Shown here piece by piece: positions 59,066 through 64,000 of a DNA stretch of 64,000 bases (position 1 is its first letter; each line of letters starts with the position of its first letter). The stretch covers positions 248,001-312,000 of the forward strand of contig NIVC01000020.1 in the NCBI GenBank assembly GCA_002269645.1, read 5' to 3'. Source of the stretch: Macrostomum lignano. Lineage: Eukaryota. Position numbers and translations under genes: made by a program. Under the pieces are notes generated by a model, which had not been told where the DNA came from, did not search any database, and saw only the letters and a list, made by a program, of their open reading frames with translations.

Positions 59066-59454
59066 GGCGGAGTGCATGCAAGGATCCCGCCTCAGTCGTC
59101 TGGGGGTGCCTCTCGCATCTGAGTCTGCTCGCGTCGGTCTCCCAGGTGCAGAGCTTTTATGTGAGAACTGAGTGAGCAGCCTGGCGGGTTGGGGGTGCCC
59201 GGTAACCCCCAAGACTGCATTGTGCCGCCCCAGGCCTGTACAGCGCCTGTACAGCTCGGCAGTTTGCATTGTGACTTAGACCCCTCTGAGCGCACAGCTG
59301 TGTGCAGAAATGCGAGCAACTTGAGTAGATTTTTGAGTCGCTTCTTAAGCATCTATAATTCTATATTGTGTAAATTCTTTAGTAACTGCGAAAGCTGCGT
59401 ATTGAAACGCATAAAAATTCTCATTTTGTTTAAATACGCTTTAGAAAGTTTGGG

Positions 59455-60360
59455 AGTCACTGACTGTAATTAAGGAACAGTCACAGCTCACAATGAGAGT
59501 CACTGACTGTAATTGAGGAACAGTCACAGCTCACAATGAGAGTCACTGACTGTAATTAAGGAACAGTCACAGCTCACAATGAGAGTCACTGACTGTAATT
59601 GAGGAACAGTCACAGCTCACAATGAGAGTCACTGACTGTAATTAAGGAACAGTCACAGCGCACAATGAGAGTCACTGACTGTAATTGAGGAACAGTCACA
59701 GCGCACAATGAGAGTCACTGACTGTAATTGAGGAACAGTCACAGCGCACAATGAGAGTCACTGACTGTAATTGAGGAACAGTCACAGCGCTCAATGAGAG
59801 TCACTGACTGTAGTTGAGGAACAGTCACAGCTCAATGAGAGTCACTGACTGTAGTTGAGGAACAGTCACAGCTCAATGAGAGTCACTGACTGTAGTTGAG
59901 GAACAGTCACAGCTCAATGAGAGTCACTGACTGTACGAGGTAGTTGAGGAACAGTCACAGCTCACAATGAGAGTCACTGACTGTAGTTGAGGAACAGTCA
60001 CAGCTCAATGAGAGTCACTGACTGTAGTTGAGGAACAGTCATGGCGCACAATGAGAGTCACTGACTGTAGTTGAGGAACAGTCACAGCTCAATGAGAGTC
60101 ACTGACTGTAGTTGAGGAACAGTCACAGCTCAATGAGAGTCACTGACTGTAGTTGAGGAACAGTCACAGCTCACAATGAGAGTCACTGACTGTAGTTGAG
60201 GAACAGTCACAGCTCAATGAGAGTCACTGACTGTAGTTGAGGAACAGTCACAGCTCAATGAGAGTCACTGACTGTAGTTGAGGAACAGTCACAGCTCACA
60301 ATGAGAGTCACTGACTGTAGTTGAGGAACAGTCATGGCGCACAATGAGAGTCACCGACTG
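59455..60360. repeat. 41-43 bp minisatellite with an internal TGACTGT-N9-ACAGTCA inverted repeat
   Basis: About 21 units. Confidence 0.95.
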
Positions 60361-60461
60361 CAATCAATGAGTCATCGGTCACTGGCGAATTGCATTAAAA
60401 ATGAGCTGCAAGCAATAAATATTCATTCAACAGTTCCAGGCCGAGGCAGAATGAAATTCGT

Positions 60462-60877
60462 GCAGCCAATCAGTGATCAGATTTACTTTTAATCATTAGC
60501 AGCCAATCAGTGATCAGATGTACTTTTAATCGTTAGCAGCCAATCAGTGATCAGATGTACTTTTAATCATTAGCAGCCAATCAGTGATCAGATGTACTTT
60601 TAATCATTAGCAGCCAATCAGTGATCAGATGTACTTTTAATCATTAGCAGCCAATCAGTGATCAGATGTACTTTTAATCATTAGCAGCCAATCAGTGATC
60701 AGATGTACTTTTAATCATTATAGCAGCCAATCAGTGATCAGATGTACTTTTAATCGTTAGCAGCCAATCAGTGATCAGATGTACTTTTAATCGTTAGCAG
60801 CCAATCAGTGATCAGATGTACTTTTAATCGTTAGCAGCCAATCAGTGATCAGATGTACTTTTAATCGTTAGCAGCCA
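60462..60877. repeat. 37-bp minisatellite containing AGCCAATCAG (CCAAT box)
   Basis: About 11 units. Confidence 0.95.
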
Positions 60878-60910
60878 TGAACATTTTGCAATCAGAACTG
60901 TGGCGGCAGC

Positions 60911-61239
60911 TCACAGCTGCTCATCGGTCTCGGACGGCTCCGAGTCGATCGTCTCCTCCCGCTCGTCTCGCTCCGCCTCGGCCGCGGCAGCTGCCACTGT
61001 CGCCGCGGCCACCACCATGGACGGCGGCAGCGCGGCCTCGAGTCCGCCCGCCTCGGCCGCCCCTGACTGCAGATTCTCGGCCGCGATTCGAGCAGACCGA
61101 CTGGGCAGCCACACCTGCACCAGGAAGATGAGCAGGGCGTCCGCGCCCACCGCCAGCACCAGAGAGATGACCAGCACGAGGGCCGTGTACACTATGGGCA
61201 TGGTGTCCATGCGGCTCTGGGATCTGAGAATTGCGGAAC
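60911..61239 (-). CDS. Probable terminal exon (or 99-aa ORF from ATG 61210) with one long hydrophobic TM segment and an acidic tail
   Basis: TATTTGCAG|GT acceptor; IVYTALVLVISLVLAVGADALLIFLVQVWL; GC3-rich codons; stop at 60911. Confidence 0.55.
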
Positions 61240-61379
61240 CTGCAAATATGTATCCCTTGCCTGCGCTGCAAACTGCTGACTTTGATAGATTTTCCCGGCC
61301 TGGGCCATAGACAGGAAATTCCGATATTCCAGATGTGTGAGGTACGAATGCGAGTACGTCTAGCATAAATACTTTAACA

Positions 61380-61912
<533 letters not shown>

Positions 61913-61914
61913 AT

Positions 61915-63000
61915 AGCCTTAGTTATCTGCAGCAGTCAGAGAATATTCACAAGGCAAACACACGGACCTCAGCCTCGAACGGCGAGTGACAGCTGGAGCG
62001 ATTCTGAAGTCCACTGTTACACTGACGGCTCTATGAGGCATGGTCTTTCAGGCTTCGGAGCTTGCGTCTTCTTCAAGGGAGAAGTGGTGTGGAGCTACTC
62101 CCAGCACACTGGGCCCAACTCCAGTGTTTTTCAGAGCGAGGTGCTTGCCATCAGCTCCTGCGGGCAGAGCTGCGCCGAAGGCAGCTTAGCGGTCGGAAAT
62201 TTATTTTTCACTCTGACAGCCAAGCAGCCCTTCGGGCCCTCTGCCGCTGCACCACCAGCTCCAGGTCCGTCCTGGACTGCAACACCCAGCTCAACGGGCT
62301 TGCACTAGGCAACCAGGTGGAGCTCAGATGGATCCCGGGCCACGCTGGTTTCCTCGGCAACGAGCGCGCTGATCTGCTGGCCAAGGCTGGCTCCGCCGGC
62401 GCGCTGCTGGGGCCGGGAGCCCCCATCCCCGCCTCGGTGATCAACTCCCGCGTTAAGCGCTGGACTGATTCCGAGCATCTCCGCAGGTGGCACGACACCC
62501 AGAATTGCAGGCAATCCCGTGCTGCCGTCCCCTGTCCCTCTCCTCTCCTGCGTAGAGCCCTCCTCAGGCTCAACCGCAGAGACCTCAGAGCAGTCAGCAT
62601 GGCCCTCTCCGGGCATGGCTGCTTCTCTCGCCACCGCTTCCTTCAGGGCCAAGTACCCGAGGAGCGGTGCCCCTTCTGCCGCTCAGGCAGTGAAAACGCC
62701 GAGAATTTTATCTGCCACTGCCCGGTCTTCACCAGGGCCAGGCTCACTCACCTCGGGCCAAACCCGGTTCTCTCCGACGTTTGCAGGCCCGAGAGCATCC
62801 CGCTGCTCGCCCGGTACCTCAGGGACCCGGGACGAGCTGAGTTCTTCCCCACCGCCGGTGAGGAGGACCGCGCTGCAGGCGAGACCAAAGGAAGTCATTG
62901 GTCGCCAGGGGCTAGCGGAATGGGCGGTCTCCTCCGCCTCCTCGCTGCATCCGCCGGACGCCCTGCATCTGAAAAAGCCAAAAAGACGCCTCGGTCCTGA
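61915..63000 (+). mobile_element. 5'-truncated non-LTR retrotransposon (LOA/R1/I-like) 3' end: RNase H plus C-terminal CCHC knuckle; one frameshift near 62160
   Basis: YTDGS..GFGAC..SVFQSEVLAI | FHSDSQAALRAL..VELRWIPGHAGFLGNERADLLAK; SGHG..CPFC..ENAENFICHCP. Confidence 0.88.
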
Positions 63001-63699
63001 GACAAAAGTTTAAAAATACCCATCCCCATCCTCATCCCCACCCCCACACACAGCCTGTCAGGACAAACTTTCGTCCCGCTCCAGCAATGCTCCAACGATG
63101 CTCCAGCAATGCTCCAGCGCTCAGGTACCGTGAAGTCCCAGGGGTAAAAGAGGCAGTCAAGATTCCCATTCCGACCCTCCGCTAATGCAGAGCCCCCTGC
63201 CTACGCCAAGCCGGCGAGGCTCTCAGCCGAAATGAGGAGCAGCATGGGTTGCAGACTGCAGTATGGAAGACTGGTGCGCTGAGCCATGGAGAACCAGAGC
63301 AGAGCTTGGAGTGGCAACTCCTTTTCGATTCCCCATTTGCCCCACATTTTACTAAAGATCTCATAAGTTTGAAATGGTTGGACTCGTTATTACAGACTTT
63401 GGTCTTTTTGGAATTGTCCTGCAGTTTTTGAGCAAACCTGCAGCGTATTCTAAGCAGTAGGCTAGGAACAAATGCCGACAGGAGTTTTGAAGAAAACTAT
63501 ATTTTCATGTTTTAGGAAAGAGAAAGAGGAGATGAGGGATGAGAGATGAGACGATAGGAGAGAAGAGAGCTGAGAAGAGACAAACTTTGAGCGGGCCGGA
63601 TTGCTATTGTGAAGCTTCAAAGCACCCGAGAGAGCTGACCCGAATAGAGAGGCTTCTTCAAATCCTGGTCCAACCAAACCGAAGTGATGGGATCTTTTG

Positions 63700-64000
63700 T
63701 TAAATGAAGTTTTTGACTCGCATCTAGAGACGTGTTGCACGTGTTCGTCATGTCAGAAGTCAGCGCCGCCGTCCATTTCTTCAGCGTGCTCTTCAAAGCT
63801 GCCATTCAGCTGGATGAGCTTCTCACAGCGATGCAGCAGTTTTTTATTACCCCTCCCAAAAACTCCAAGGCAGCGCACAGATAGATTCGTTGGCCGCCGC
63901 AATGACCTCACGGTGGTAAAGAAGCGACCTCGCAGGCTTCTTCATCCTCCAAACGAATGAAAATCAGCGATGGTGAGGTCTGGTGAATGAGATGGGTGAC
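63700..64000 (-). mobile_element. Mariner transposase relic (C-terminus), continuing beyond the window
   Basis: Minus frame HPSHSPDLTIADFHSFGG*RSLRGRFF..RGNKKLLHRCEKLIQLNG matches mariner HPPYSPDLAPSDYHLF..LRGRRF..GIKKLVSRWEKCIELNG; in-frame stop. Confidence 0.8.

Noticed and set aside
59455-60360. CRISPR-like palindromic direct repeats
   Set aside because: No unique spacers, no cas genes, eukaryotic context.

Overview
Eukaryotic (animal) genomic DNA. GC-rich, intron-poor genes with minisatellite-stuffed introns resemble the flatworm Macrostomum lignano (inference, not verified). Supported genes: the 3' end of a PH-like gene (+), FIGNL1 (+, 2 exons), a 4-exon CNG channel (+, one homopolymer frameshift, atypical pore), a tandem pair of small Gly/Gln-rich genes with complete promoter-intron-polyA structure (-), an intronless TALPID3/KIAA0586 homologue (-), ER alpha-1,2-mannosidase MAN1B1 (-, 5 exons), a 1962-aa intronless low-GC protein with a C-terminal hnRNP U-like SPRY + P-loop module (-), an SLC7 amino-acid transporter (-), a membrane-anchored tandem-MATH protein (-) and an orphan TM exon (-). 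There are more than 25 distinct tandem-repeat arrays, plus relics of hAT, MULE, mariner, LINE, SINE and possibly Helentron-type elements. The most striking signal is a ~6 kb transposon nest (about 50.2-56.4 kb). Long stretches of it are almost free of CpG, and paired TIR/TSD copies differ only by C:G->T:A transitions, some outside CpG. This suggests local, possibly RIP-like, hypermutation of repeats in an animal genome. All alignments and counts were done by eye.
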